Origin: Candidatus Sumerlaeia bacterium
GTDB lineage: Bacteria; Sumerlaeota; Sumerlaeia; SLMS01; JANRJK01
Assembly: GCA_033764015.1 (NCBI GenBank)
Contig: JANRJK010000055.1
Location: 96,001-160,000 of the forward strand
Reading direction: 5' to 3'
DNA: 64,000 nt
Positions 40,772-49,647 of this stretch are shown here, piece by piece. Made by a program: the position numbers and the translations under genes. The notes under the pieces are model-generated. The model did no database searches. It had not been told where the DNA came from and worked only from the letters and a program-made list of their open reading frames with translations. Numbering within the stretch: position 1 is the stretch's first letter; each line of letters begins with the position of its first letter.

Positions 40772-42310
40772 ATGAGTTCCGAGAATTTCCCGATCCGCGG
40801 GGACCTCGCGTCCCCGGCCCCAAGGCGGGCGCGTCTCCTGATGCGCCCGACGCTCGAGGGGCCCGCCGGCTTCCGCGAGCTGCTCGCGGTCGCCTGGCCG
40901 CTCATGATCTCGCAGGCGATCCACGCCGTGAACCTGTTCCTGGACCGCGTGTTCCTCGCGCGGTACGATGGTGTGCACTTCGCCGCCGCGTCCCCCGCGG
41001 GCGTGACGTGGTGGATGTCGATCTCGCTCGGCATGGGACTGGTCGGCTACGTCAGCACCTTCGTCGCGCAGTACAACGGCGCGGGGCGCGGCCAGCGCAT
41101 GGGGGCGGCGCTCTGGCAGGCGATCCACCTTGGCGTGCTCTTCGCCGCGGCCTCGCTCGTGCTCACCTTCGTTTCCGGCCCCTTCTTCCAGTGGGTCGGC
41201 CACGAAGGCGGGCAGCCCGCGCTGCAGGCCGCCTATTTCAACGTGCTCTGCTACGGCACACTCGCGGCGATGCTCAATGCGGCGCTCAGCGGCTACTTCA
41301 CCGGGCAGGGGCGCACGCGCTTCGTGCTCGCGGTGAACAGCGTCTCGGCGGTGGTGAACGCGCTGCTGAACTGGTGGTTCATCTTCCACGGCGGACCCTT
41401 CGACCTTGTCGAGAAGGGCATCGTGGGCGCCGCCTGGGCCACCGTGCTCGGGACTATGGCGAGCACCGCGATCTTCCTCTGGTTCGCCCTCCGCGCCCGC
41501 GAGCGCCGCAGCCACGGCACCGGCGCCTGGGCGATCGACCCGGACCTGATGCGGCGCATGGTGCGCTTCGGCCTGCCGTCGGGCTTCCACATGCTCGTCG
41601 ACATGATCGCCTTCAACGTCTTCTTCCTCGTGGTCGGCAAGTTCGGCCTCGTGGCGCAGATCGCCAGCAGCATGGCGATGACGATCAACATGCTCTTCTT
41701 CGTCCCGGCCATGGGCCTGCACCAGGCGGTGCAGGTGCTCACCGGGAAGTTCCTCGCCGCCGGACGCCGCGAGGAGGCGGAGCAGGCCACCGGCAACGCG
41801 ACGATCCTCTCCGTGTCGTACTTCGCAGCGTTCACCGTGGCCGTCGTCGCGGCCCCGGGGCTCTTCCTCGGAGCCTACGGCACCGTGGAGCTGGACAACC
41901 CCGCGCTCGCCGCGGAGGTGGACCGGCTCGGGCGGCTGCTGCTGCTGGTGGTCGCGCTTTACTCGCTCTTCGACGGCGTCTGCTTGGTGCTGGCCGGCGC
42001 GCTCAAGGGCGCCGGCGACACCAAGTGGGTCATGTGGGTCAGCCTCGGCCTCAGCCAAGCGCTGCTCACGCTGCCCTGCCTGGCGCTCTGGTGGTTCTCC
42101 GCCACGCTCGATCCGCGCACCGGCGTGATGCTGTGCTGGGGCGCGCTATGGCTTTACATCTGCGTCATCACCGCGTTCTATATCGGGCGGTATCGCGGCG
42201 GGCGCTGGATGGACATGCGCGTCATCGAGGAAGCGCCGCCGCTCATCTCGCTGGAGGAGACTCCGCGCCTCGCCCCCGCGCGCGAGCGCGCCGAAGCCTC
42301 ACCCGCATAA
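40772..42310 (+). CDS. MATE family efflux transporter (start may be ATG 40841)
   Basis: RELLAVAWPL, DRVFLAR, FVAQYNGA, GIVGAAWAT, RFGLPSG, GALKGAGDT. Confidence 0.93.
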   Translation: MSSENFPIRGDLASPAPRRARLLMRPTLEGPAGFRELLAVAWPLMISQAIHAVNLFLDRVFLARYDGVHFAAASPAGVTWWMSISLGMGLVGYVSTFVAQYNGAGRGQRMGAALWQAIHLGVLFAAASLVLTFVSGPFFQWVGHEGGQPALQAAYFNVLCYGTLAAMLNAALSGYFTGQGRTRFVLAVNSVSAVVNALLNWWFIFHGGPFDLVEKGIVGAAWATVLGTMASTAIFLWFALRARERRSHGTGAWAIDPDLMRRMVRFGLPSGFHMLVDMIAFNVFFLVVGKFGLVAQIASSMAMTINMLFFVPAMGLHQAVQVLTGKFLAAGRREEAEQATGNATILSVSYFAAFTVAVVAAPGLFLGAYGTVELDNPALAAEVDRLGRLLLLVVALYSLFDGVCLVLAGALKGAGDTKWVMWVSLGLSQALLTLPCLALWWFSATLDPRTGVMLCWGALWLYICVITAFYIGRYRGGRWMDMRVIEEAPPLISLEETPRLAPARERAEASPA

Positions 42311-42327
42311 ACCGCGAAGGAGACGCC

Positions 42328-42669
42328 ATGATGCGTGTGTCGATCGACATGGACCGGGTCCGCGCCGCCGCCGCGGCCGCGATCCCCGATGGCGTGGGCG
42401 CCGCCCGCTTTGTCAAGAAGCGCGTCCTCGGCGGCGCCCTCCGCCAACTCGACAAGATCGATCCCGAGGTCGCCGCGGGGCTGCTCGCCGCGCAGCGCTC
42501 TTTCTTCGCCGCCGGCAAGGCGTTCTTCGATGAAGAAATGAAGCACGCCGAGCGCGCCGAAGCGAAGTTCCGCGCCAAGGCCCAGGCCGCCAAGCATCCC
42601 GCGCCCCCCGAGCCCGCCGCGCCCGCGCCCGAGCCCCAGGAGCGCGTGGACGACGCGCGCCCGGATTGA
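42328..42669 (+). CDS. hypothetical protein
   Basis: AAGGAG SD, 113 aa, between the MATE gene and trmD. Confidence 0.7.
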   Translation: MMRVSIDMDRVRAAAAAAIPDGVGAARFVKKRVLGGALRQLDKIDPEVAAGLLAAQRSFFAAGKAFFDEEMKHAERAEAKFRAKAQAAKHPAPPEPAAPAPEPQERVDDARPD

Positions 42670-42691
42670 CCGGAGCCACGCCCGACACCAC

Positions 42692-43402
42692 GTGCGCATC
42701 ACGGTCCTCACGCTCTTCCCCAACTGGTTCGACGGACCCTTCGGCGAATCCATGATCCAGCGGGGGCGCGACAACGGCGCCCTTGAAATCGAACTGGTCA
42801 ACTTCCGCGACTTCGCCACGGACCGGCACCGCACCGTGGACGACGCGCCCTACGGCGGCGGCGGCGGAATGGTGCTCAAGGCGCCCCCGCTCGCCGCCGC
42901 CCTCGATGCCACCGCCGGCGCCCCCGGCTCCGAAGGCCGCGCCCACGTCATCTACACCTCCCCCGCGGGCGCGCCCTTCACCCAGCGCCGCGCCGAGGAA
43001 CTCGCCAAGCTCCCCCGCGTCGCCATCATCTGCGGCCACTACGAAGGCCTCGACCAGCGTCTCATCGACTCGCGCGTGGACGAGGAAATCAGCATCGGCG
43101 ACTACGTCCTCACCGGGGGTGAAATCGCCGCCATGGCGATTGTCGATGCGGTGGCGCGGCTGCTCCCCGGCGTGCTCGGCAACGAAGCCGGCGCCCGCGA
43201 CGACTCGATCGCGACCGGCCTCCTCGAAGCCCCGCAATACACCCGCCCGGAGGTCTTCGAAGGCCGCCCGGTGCCCGACATCCTCCTCAGCGGCCACCAC
43301 GCGAAAGTCGCCGCCTGGCGCGCGCGGCAATCGGAACAGCTCACCCGCCAGCGCCGCCCCGACCTCTGGCAAGCGCACCAGGACGCGAAGTTCAGGAAGT
43401 AG
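42692..43402 (+). CDS. trmD: tRNA (guanine-N1)-methyltransferase
   Basis: [52 protein letters not shown]. Confidence 0.98.
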   Translation: MRITVLTLFPNWFDGPFGESMIQRGRDNGALEIELVNFRDFATDRHRTVDDAPYGGGGGMVLKAPPLAAALDATAGAPGSEGRAHVIYTSPAGAPFTQRRAEELAKLPRVAIICGHYEGLDQRLIDSRVDEEISIGDYVLTGGEIAAMAIVDAVARLLPGVLGNEAGARDDSIATGLLEAPQYTRPEVFEGRPVPDILLSGHHAKVAAWRARQSEQLTRQRRPDLWQAHQDAKFRK

Positions 43403-43702
43403 AAGGGCGGCGGGATTCCCCCCAGCGCCCTTGCCGCGGGGCTCCGCACCCGCGCCACGCCCAAGAATCGGGTCTGCGGGGTCGCCCAGGTTCTGCGTTC
43501 CAGCGTCGCCTCAATCTTCCCGGTGCGTTTCAGCCACCGGCGAAGCGCGCCCGACTGCGTCCCCCCGAAGACGCGAAGGGGGCCAGCGGTACCAGCGAGT
43601 TGCCTGCCATCAAGATTTGGTGGATTGACCTTTCCGATCGGGAACTGGAAAGTTCAAAAGTGTCACCGTCGTTTCCAGAGGCAGCGCGAAAGGGCAAAGC
43701 CC

Positions 43703-44356
43703 ATGGTGGAGATTGCCGTCGGACTCATCCTGTGTGTTCTCGCGACGCCGTTCTGGGTGTTGGCGGTTCTGACTTCCCCGCTGCGGAAACTGGTGGAGCC
43801 GCGGGTGCGCTCCGATCTGGCGACGACTCCCATCGTTCCGGAGCTCTACCTGCGGGAATCGCTCGGGGCGAAGTTGCCGCTCGCGCGGTTGCCGGCCTAC
43901 GCGGGTGCGGTCGGCGTCGGGCTCGTGGCGCTTTCGATGCTGAGCGGATCCTCTTCCCAAGGGCACTATGCCCAGGGCTGGGCCATCGTTTCCTACATCG
44001 CGCTCTTCGCGGGTTTCTTCACGATTCTGATGGAGCGCGTCGCGACGCTGGGCGCATTGAACGCCGCGGTCTCAGCGTGCGAGCGTGGAACCGAGTTGCC
44101 GGTTTGGCGGGCGACCGCTTCAACACTCATCCTCCTCGCCCGCTTCGCCTTCGTGACCTGGGGGGCGATCGTGCTGACAGACTTTGCGAGCGGGTACTTT
44201 GACCTGATCCCAAACCGCAGGCATCGCGAGCTGGCGTCCGTGGCCGTGGGCCTAGTCATCGTCGTCGGTGCGTGCCTCGTTGCGCACCGCCGCCAAATCC
44301 TTGCGTGGCGCCGACTCGCGGTCGTGTACCTGCAGATGGAGCCACCCTCGCGCTGA
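43703..44356 (+). CDS. hypothetical membrane protein
   Basis: About five TM segments; slightly atypical codon usage. Confidence 0.6.
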   Translation: MVEIAVGLILCVLATPFWVLAVLTSPLRKLVEPRVRSDLATTPIVPELYLRESLGAKLPLARLPAYAGAVGVGLVALSMLSGSSSQGHYAQGWAIVSYIALFAGFFTILMERVATLGALNAAVSACERGTELPVWRATASTLILLARFAFVTWGAIVLTDFASGYFDLIPNRRHRELASVAVGLVIVVGACLVAHRRQILAWRRLAVVYLQMEPPSR

Positions 44357-44638
44357 GGTTGGGGCCGGGGTGGCGCCGGGTACTCGTGGACAGGGGGCAG
44401 GAGTTGCCGCCGCCGCCGTGGGTGGCCAGAGCCGGGGAGTAGGCCTGACGCGGGGCCGCCAGCAACGCGAGACGGTGCCGGTTAGCGCTGGCGCGGGGTG
44501 CTTCATCGCATGGGGTCGGCGGTGGGGGGATGCGGAAATCCAAACCGAAGTCTCTTGGCGCCGCGCCCGCCGCCCCGGACGCGACCCGCCGCGCGGTTTC
44601 CCTTTCGCACGCGGCGCGGGCGCCGCCAAATCGCGCGC

Positions 44639-45511
44639 ATGGAACCGGTCTCCGTCGTGATCCCCGTGTACAACGAGCGCGGCGCCCTCGCGGCGGCGGC
44701 GCCGCGCTGGCGGCGCCTGCTCGAACAGCTCCCAGACGGCAGTGAGCTCGTCCTCGTGGACGACGGCTCGACGGATGGCGGCGGCGCGGAGCTGCGCGCG
44801 ATCGCCGATGCCACGCCGGGCGCGCGGCTGCTCGCGCACCGCCGCAACCGGGGCTACGGCGCGGCGCTCAAGACCGGCATCGCCGCCGCCGCCAACGACT
44901 TGATCGCCATCACCGACGCGGACGGCACCTATCCCGCCGAGCGCATCCCCGAGCTGGCCGCGCCGGTCGCCGCGGGCGAGGCCGCCATGGTGGTCGCCGC
45001 GCGGTCGGAAAGGCACCTGCCGCTCCTGCGCCGGCCAGCCAAGGCCGCGCTCAAGTGGTTCGCCGAATACGTCTCCGGCGCGCGCATCCCGGACCTCAAC
45101 TCGGGCCTGCGCGTGTTCCGCAAGCGCGAGGTGGCGCGCCTGCGCCGCCTGCTGCCGGACGGCTTCTCCTTCACCACCACGCTCACGCTGTCCCTCCTCA
45201 CGGAGGACGAGCCGGTGCTGTTCGTCCCGATCCGCTACCGCGCGCGGGTGGGCAGCTCGAAGATCCGCCCGGTGCGCGACACGGCGAACTTCGCGCTGCT
45301 CATCATGCGCATCGCGGTGACGTTCAATCCGCTGCGGGTGTTCGGCCCGGCGGCGGTGTTGTTCCTGCTGGCGGGCGTGGCGCTGCTCGCGGCGCGCCTC
45401 GTGCTCCCGAACCCGGTCGGCATCGCGACCACGATCTCGTGCTTCGTCGCGGGGGTCCAGTTGCTCGCGGTGGGCTTGCTGGCGGACCTGGTGAACCGGC
45501 GGGCGCCGTAG
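44639..45511 (+). CDS. GT2 glycosyltransferase (polyprenol-phosphate sugar synthase-like)
   Basis: VVIPVYNE, VDDGSTD, NRGYGAALKTG, TDADGTY, DLNSGLR, two C-terminal TM helices. Confidence 0.92.
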   Translation: MEPVSVVIPVYNERGALAAAAPRWRRLLEQLPDGSELVLVDDGSTDGGGAELRAIADATPGARLLAHRRNRGYGAALKTGIAAAANDLIAITDADGTYPAERIPELAAPVAAGEAAMVVAARSERHLPLLRRPAKAALKWFAEYVSGARIPDLNSGLRVFRKREVARLRRLLPDGFSFTTTLTLSLLTEDEPVLFVPIRYRARVGSSKIRPVRDTANFALLIMRIAVTFNPLRVFGPAAVLFLLAGVALLAARLVLPNPVGIATTISCFVAGVQLLAVGLLADLVNRRAP

Positions 45512-45622
45512 GGCGGGGGCGCTCTCGACCTCAACATTGCGCGATGCCCGATTCCCCTCGCATGCGCCGCGGCGCGTGATCATGGTGAACCGCAGCGCTC
45601 AGCCCACTTGAGGTCTCCAGCG

Positions 45623-48562
45623 ATGGCCCCGGAAGACATCGCAGGCATTCCCGACGACTCCGCAGGGAGGACGGTCTCGGTCTCCGGCCCCACCCAGGCG
45701 CCGGCCGACTTCTCCGCCCTTCTATCCCGGATGCCCCCGCTCACCGAAGGGATTCCCCGCGCCGCCGCCCCGCCCCGCTACGAGCTCAAGGAACAGATCG
45801 GCCGGGGTGGAATGGGAGTCGTCCACCGCGCGGTGCAGACAACCCTCGGGCGGTTCGTCGCGGTCAAGCGGCTGAGAGGCGACACCGAGCCGAACCGGCT
45901 CCGCGAGCAGTTCCAGTTCCACCAGGAGGCGGTCATCGCCGCCCGCCTCGAGCATCCGAACATCGTGCCCGTGCACGACTTCGGCGTGGACGAGACGGGC
46001 GCCCCGATGCTGTCGATGAAGCTCGTGCGGGGGGAGCTCTGGACGGAGGCCATCAAGCGCGACTGGGCGTCGATGTCGCCCGACGACTTCCTCGCGAACC
46101 ACATTCCGGTGCTCGCGCAGGTGGCCCAGGCGGTCGCCTTCGCCCACTCGAAGGGAGTGGTCCACCGCGACCTGAAGCCCTCGCAGGTCATGCTGGGCTC
46201 CTACGGCGAGGTGTTGCTGATGGATTGGGGTCTCGCCCTCCTCGTCGAGCGCGAGGAGGGGCCCGATCGGGACAAGATCGGCGACCCGACACCTCCGATC
46301 GCACTGCCCGACCGCGCGTCGGCATCCTCCCCCGGGGGCACGCCGTCCTACATGGCGCCGGAGCAGACCGGGACCCAGACATCGTACATCGGCCCGTGGA
46401 CCGACGTGTATCTGCTCGGCGGCATCCTGTACCTGCTCCTCACCGGTTCGCCCCCGCATGCGGCGGCGAACGCCCAGAAGGCGGCGGCGCTCGCGCGCGC
46501 GGGAATGGTCGAGGATCCCCGGGCGCGGGCCCCGCGCCGATCCATGCCGGATGACCTGGTGCGCCTCGCAATCGACGCGCTCGAGCCGCTCCCGCCGGAC
46601 CGCATTTCCAGCGCGGCGGATTTCCACGCCCGGCTGCGCGACCACTTGACCGGCGCGTCGCGCCGGCAGGAGGCGGAGACGCTGGTCCGCGACGCCGCCG
46701 GCGCGGCCGCCGCGGGGCTCGCGGATTACGCGGACTGCGCCGAGGCGGCGAACAAGCTCCGCCGCGCCGAGACGCTTTGGCCCGGCGCGCCGCGCCGCGC
46801 CGACACCGCCGCGGAGGTGCACGCCGCGTGGGCCGAACTCGCGCTCGCGCGGGGCGACCTACAGCTCGCCGAGATCGAAGCCCGCGAGGTTCCCGCCGAC
46901 CGGGGCGCGCTTCTGCTCGGCCGCGTCGCCCGCGCCTCCGAGGCGAGGCGCCGCGAACGCTCTCAGCGCCGCGCCGCCGTCGCGGGCGCCTTCCTGCTGC
47001 TCGCAGCCCTCCTCGCGTCCTCTCTGCTCTTCACCCGCGAGGTCGACGCGCGCCGCGCCGCCGCCGAGCGCGACCGCCGGACCGCCGCTTCCCGCGCGGA
47101 GTCGGCGCGCGGGTTCGCCCGGTACATGCTGGAGGACCTGGGCGAGTTCCTCGACCCGCAGGTGGAGCGCGACCAGCGGCTCATCGGCGGCATCGCCGAA
47201 GAGGTGATGCGCCACTTCCGCGGGCTCGATGTGACCGGAGACGCGGTGGAGTTCCGCCTCGCCCACGCGGCGTCCTTGGAGTCGGCCGCGAGGTCCCTTC
47301 TTGAACTCGCCCGCCCGGCCGACGCCTTGGAACTGGTTCGCGCCGCCATCGTGATCCTCCGTACCGACGCGCCGTCGGACCGCGTGGCGCTCTGCGAGCA
47401 CCTCTCGATCGAGGCCGAGTGCCTCGCGGGCCTCGGAGATTTCCCCGGCGCGCTCGCCTCGGCCGAAGCCGCCATCGCCGAGTGGCGCGCCTCCGGCTCG
47501 GCAGCCGGCGTCGAGTACGCCGAGGCGGCGAACAACCGGGGCGCCGTGCTGGCGCGGTTCGGCCGTGTGCCCGAAGCCCTCTCCGATCTCCGCGAAGCGG
47601 CGGAGATCCGCTCCCGGATCCTCGGGCCCGACAACATCCTGACCCTCGAGTCCCGCCTCAACGTGGCCGTACTCACGATGATGGGAGGCGCGATGGAGGA
47701 GGCGCGGGATCTCGCCACCGCCGTCGAGCGCGAGGCGCAGGCCGCACATCCCGAAGAGTCGATTTCCCTGGAGGCGAAACGCCTCCTCGTGTCGCTCGAC
47801 TCCTACGCGCAGCGCTACGACCGCAACGTGGAGACGATGCGTTCCCTCGCCGCCGAGTATATCCGCCGCTACGGTCCCATGCACCCGCTCTCGCTCCGGG
47901 CGCGTGGCGACCTGTCGCGGATCTACAGCTCGGCCGAGCGCTTTCCCGAAGCCGTCGCGGAGTCCCGCGCGGTGATCGCGGACATGGAGGGGCTCGAGCG
48001 GGCGGACCTACCTTCGCTCACCTCGCTCTATGACACTTTGGGAGAGGCGCTGCTCGCCGACGGACGCCGCGCGGAGGCGCGGGAGACCGCGCTCCGCTGC
48101 CTCGCATACCGCCTCGAGTCCCTCCCGGGCGACGAAAGCGGCCTCGCCAATACCTACTCGATCCTCTCCCGGGCGGACGATCCCGGCGCCAACGTCCCGC
48201 TTTCGGAGCGCCTCGAAGCGGCCGACAAGGCCCTCGCCTTCTTCCGTAGGGGCAGCATCAGGGCTTCGCCCAGCCACTTCCACGCGGCGGTGGCGCGGGC
48301 GGATCTCTTGGATCGCTGCGACACCCCCGATCCGGACCAATGGCTCGAGGCGTACGAGGTGGGTGTGAGCACTTATGGCCCGGCCTCCGAGGCCGCCGTG
48401 AACGCGGGTGTGCAGGCCGCCCGCTCCCGCTTCGAAGCGGGACAGCCGGACGATGCGCGCGCGCTGCTCCGACGCGTCTTGGACGCCAAGGGCGGGACGA
48501 CCTTGGACGCCACGGTCGAGCAGTCCATCAGCGAGACCCGCCACTTGCTCGGCCTCGACTAG
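45623..48562 (+). CDS. Hanks-type Ser/Thr protein kinase with TM helix and TPR repeats
   Basis: IGRGGMGVV, VAVK, HPNIV, HRDLKPSQ, DWGLA, GTPSYMAPE, DVYLLG; kinesin-light-chain-like TPRs. Confidence 0.92.
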   Translation: MAPEDIAGIPDDSAGRTVSVSGPTQAPADFSALLSRMPPLTEGIPRAAAPPRYELKEQIGRGGMGVVHRAVQTTLGRFVAVKRLRGDTEPNRLREQFQFHQEAVIAARLEHPNIVPVHDFGVDETGAPMLSMKLVRGELWTEAIKRDWASMSPDDFLANHIPVLAQVAQAVAFAHSKGVVHRDLKPSQVMLGSYGEVLLMDWGLALLVEREEGPDRDKIGDPTPPIALPDRASASSPGGTPSYMAPEQTGTQTSYIGPWTDVYLLGGILYLLLTGSPPHAAANAQKAAALARAGMVEDPRARAPRRSMPDDLVRLAIDALEPLPPDRISSAADFHARLRDHLTGASRRQEAETLVRDAAGAAAAGLADYADCAEAANKLRRAETLWPGAPRRADTAAEVHAAWAELALARGDLQLAEIEAREVPADRGALLLGRVARASEARRRERSQRRAAVAGAFLLLAALLASSLLFTREVDARRAAAERDRRTAASRAESARGFARYMLEDLGEFLDPQVERDQRLIGGIAEEVMRHFRGLDVTGDAVEFRLAHAASLESAARSLLELARPADALELVRAAIVILRTDAPSDRVALCEHLSIEAECLAGLGDFPGALASAEAAIAEWRASGSAAGVEYAEAANNRGAVLARFGRVPEALSDLREAAEIRSRILGPDNILTLESRLNVAVLTMMGGAMEEARDLATAVEREAQAAHPEESISLEAKRLLVSLDSYAQRYDRNVETMRSLAAEYIRRYGPMHPLSLRARGDLSRIYSSAERFPEAVAESRAVIADMEGLERADLPSLTSLYDTLGEALLADGRRAEARETALRCLAYRLESLPGDESGLANTYSILSRADDPGANVPLSERLEAADKALAFFRRGSIRASPSHFHAAVARADLLDRCDTPDPDQWLEAYEVGVSTYGPASEAAVNAGVQAARSRFEAGQPDDARALLRRVLDAKGGTTLDATVEQSISETRHLLGLD

Positions 48563-48572
48563 ACCCGCGCTC

Positions 48573-49604
48573 CTAATCCTCCGCCGTTCCGTCCCCGGGC
48601 GCCGCTTCCTCCGGCGCCTCGCCCACGAAGCGCGTCGGCACTTCCCACGCATCGCGGCCCCGCTCGCGAAGGTAGCGCACCAGCGGCGCGGTGTAGCCGT
48701 GCGTCACGCCGACGCGCTCCGCGCCGGTGGCGTCGATGGCGGCGAGGAGCCCCGGCCAGTCCGCGTGGTCGGAGATCGCGAAGCCGCGCTCGACCGCTCG
48801 ACGCCGGCGCGTGCCGCGAAGCGCCATCCAGCCGGAGGCGAACGCCAGCGCCGCGTCGCCGAAGCGTCGCAGCCACGGCGAACCCGCCACCGCCGGCGGC
48901 GCGATCACCAGCGCGCGCCCCTTCCCCGCGGCGGACGCTTCCGCGTCGGCGTGCGCCCAGGGCGCCAGCGTCCGCCCCGCGCGCGCGTACTCTTCGCTCA
49001 GCGCCACCGCCGCGCCGTGCAGCAGGATCGGCCCCTCGCCCGCGTCGATCCCCGCGAGCAGCCGCTGCGCCTTCCCCAGCGAGTACGCCATCAGGATGCT
49101 GGTGCGGCCCTCCTCGCGGTTCGCGCGCCACCAGCGGTGGATCGCGTCGAAGACCGTTTCCGCCGGCTCCCAGCGGTACACCGGCAGGCCGAAGGTCGAC
49201 TCCGTGATAAAGACGCGGCAGCGCACCGGCTCGAACGGCGAGCACGTCGGGTCGGGCGTGGTCTTGTAGTCGCCCGCCGCGACCCATACATCGCCGCCGT
49301 GTTCGAGGCGTACCTGCGCGGATCCGAGGATGTGCCCCGCGGGATGGAGCGACACGCGCACGCCGCCGACCTCGCGGGTCTCGCCCCAGTCAAGCGCCTC
49401 GATCACCGCGTCGGCGCCGAGCCGCCTGCGCAGCACGCCCTCGCCTTCGCGGCTGCAGAGGTACGCCCCGCAACCCACCCGCGCGTGGTCGCTGTGCGCG
49501 TGGGTGACGATGGCGCGCTCGACGGGGCGCCAGGGATCGACGTGGAAGCCGCCCGGCGCGCAGTGGAGGCCGTGCTCCGTGGGAACCAAGAGGTCGCCGC
49601 GCAT
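48573..49604 (-). CDS. ligase-associated DNA damage response exonuclease (metallo-beta-lactamase/beta-CASP-like)
   Basis: DPWRPV, THAHSDH, PAGHILGSAQ, GDYK, ITESTFGLP, YSLGKAQR, ASGWM, SDHADW, THG. Confidence 0.9.
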   Translation of the reverse strand: MRGDLLVPTEHGLHCAPGGFHVDPWRPVERAIVTHAHSDHARVGCGAYLCSREGEGVLRRRLGADAVIEALDWGETREVGGVRVSLHPAGHILGSAQVRLEHGGDVWVAAGDYKTTPDPTCSPFEPVRCRVFITESTFGLPVYRWEPAETVFDAIHRWWRANREEGRTSILMAYSLGKAQRLLAGIDAGEGPILLHGAAVALSEEYARAGRTLAPWAHADAEASAAGKGRALVIAPPAVAGSPWLRRFGDAALAFASGWMALRGTRRRRAVERGFAISDHADWPGLLAAIDATGAERVGVTHGYTAPLVRYLRERGRDAWEVPTRFVGEAPEEAAPGDGTAED

Positions 49605-49647
49605 CGCCTCCGCAGCGGAGCGCGCGGCGTGCCGCCGTGTCGAGCCG

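Noticed and set aside
40625..40780. SAM-I riboswitch (CCCGATGAAGCC and GGTGCC resemble the consensus)
   Set aside because: Lacks the ATCxAGAG, GCAACC and closing P1 elements in proper order
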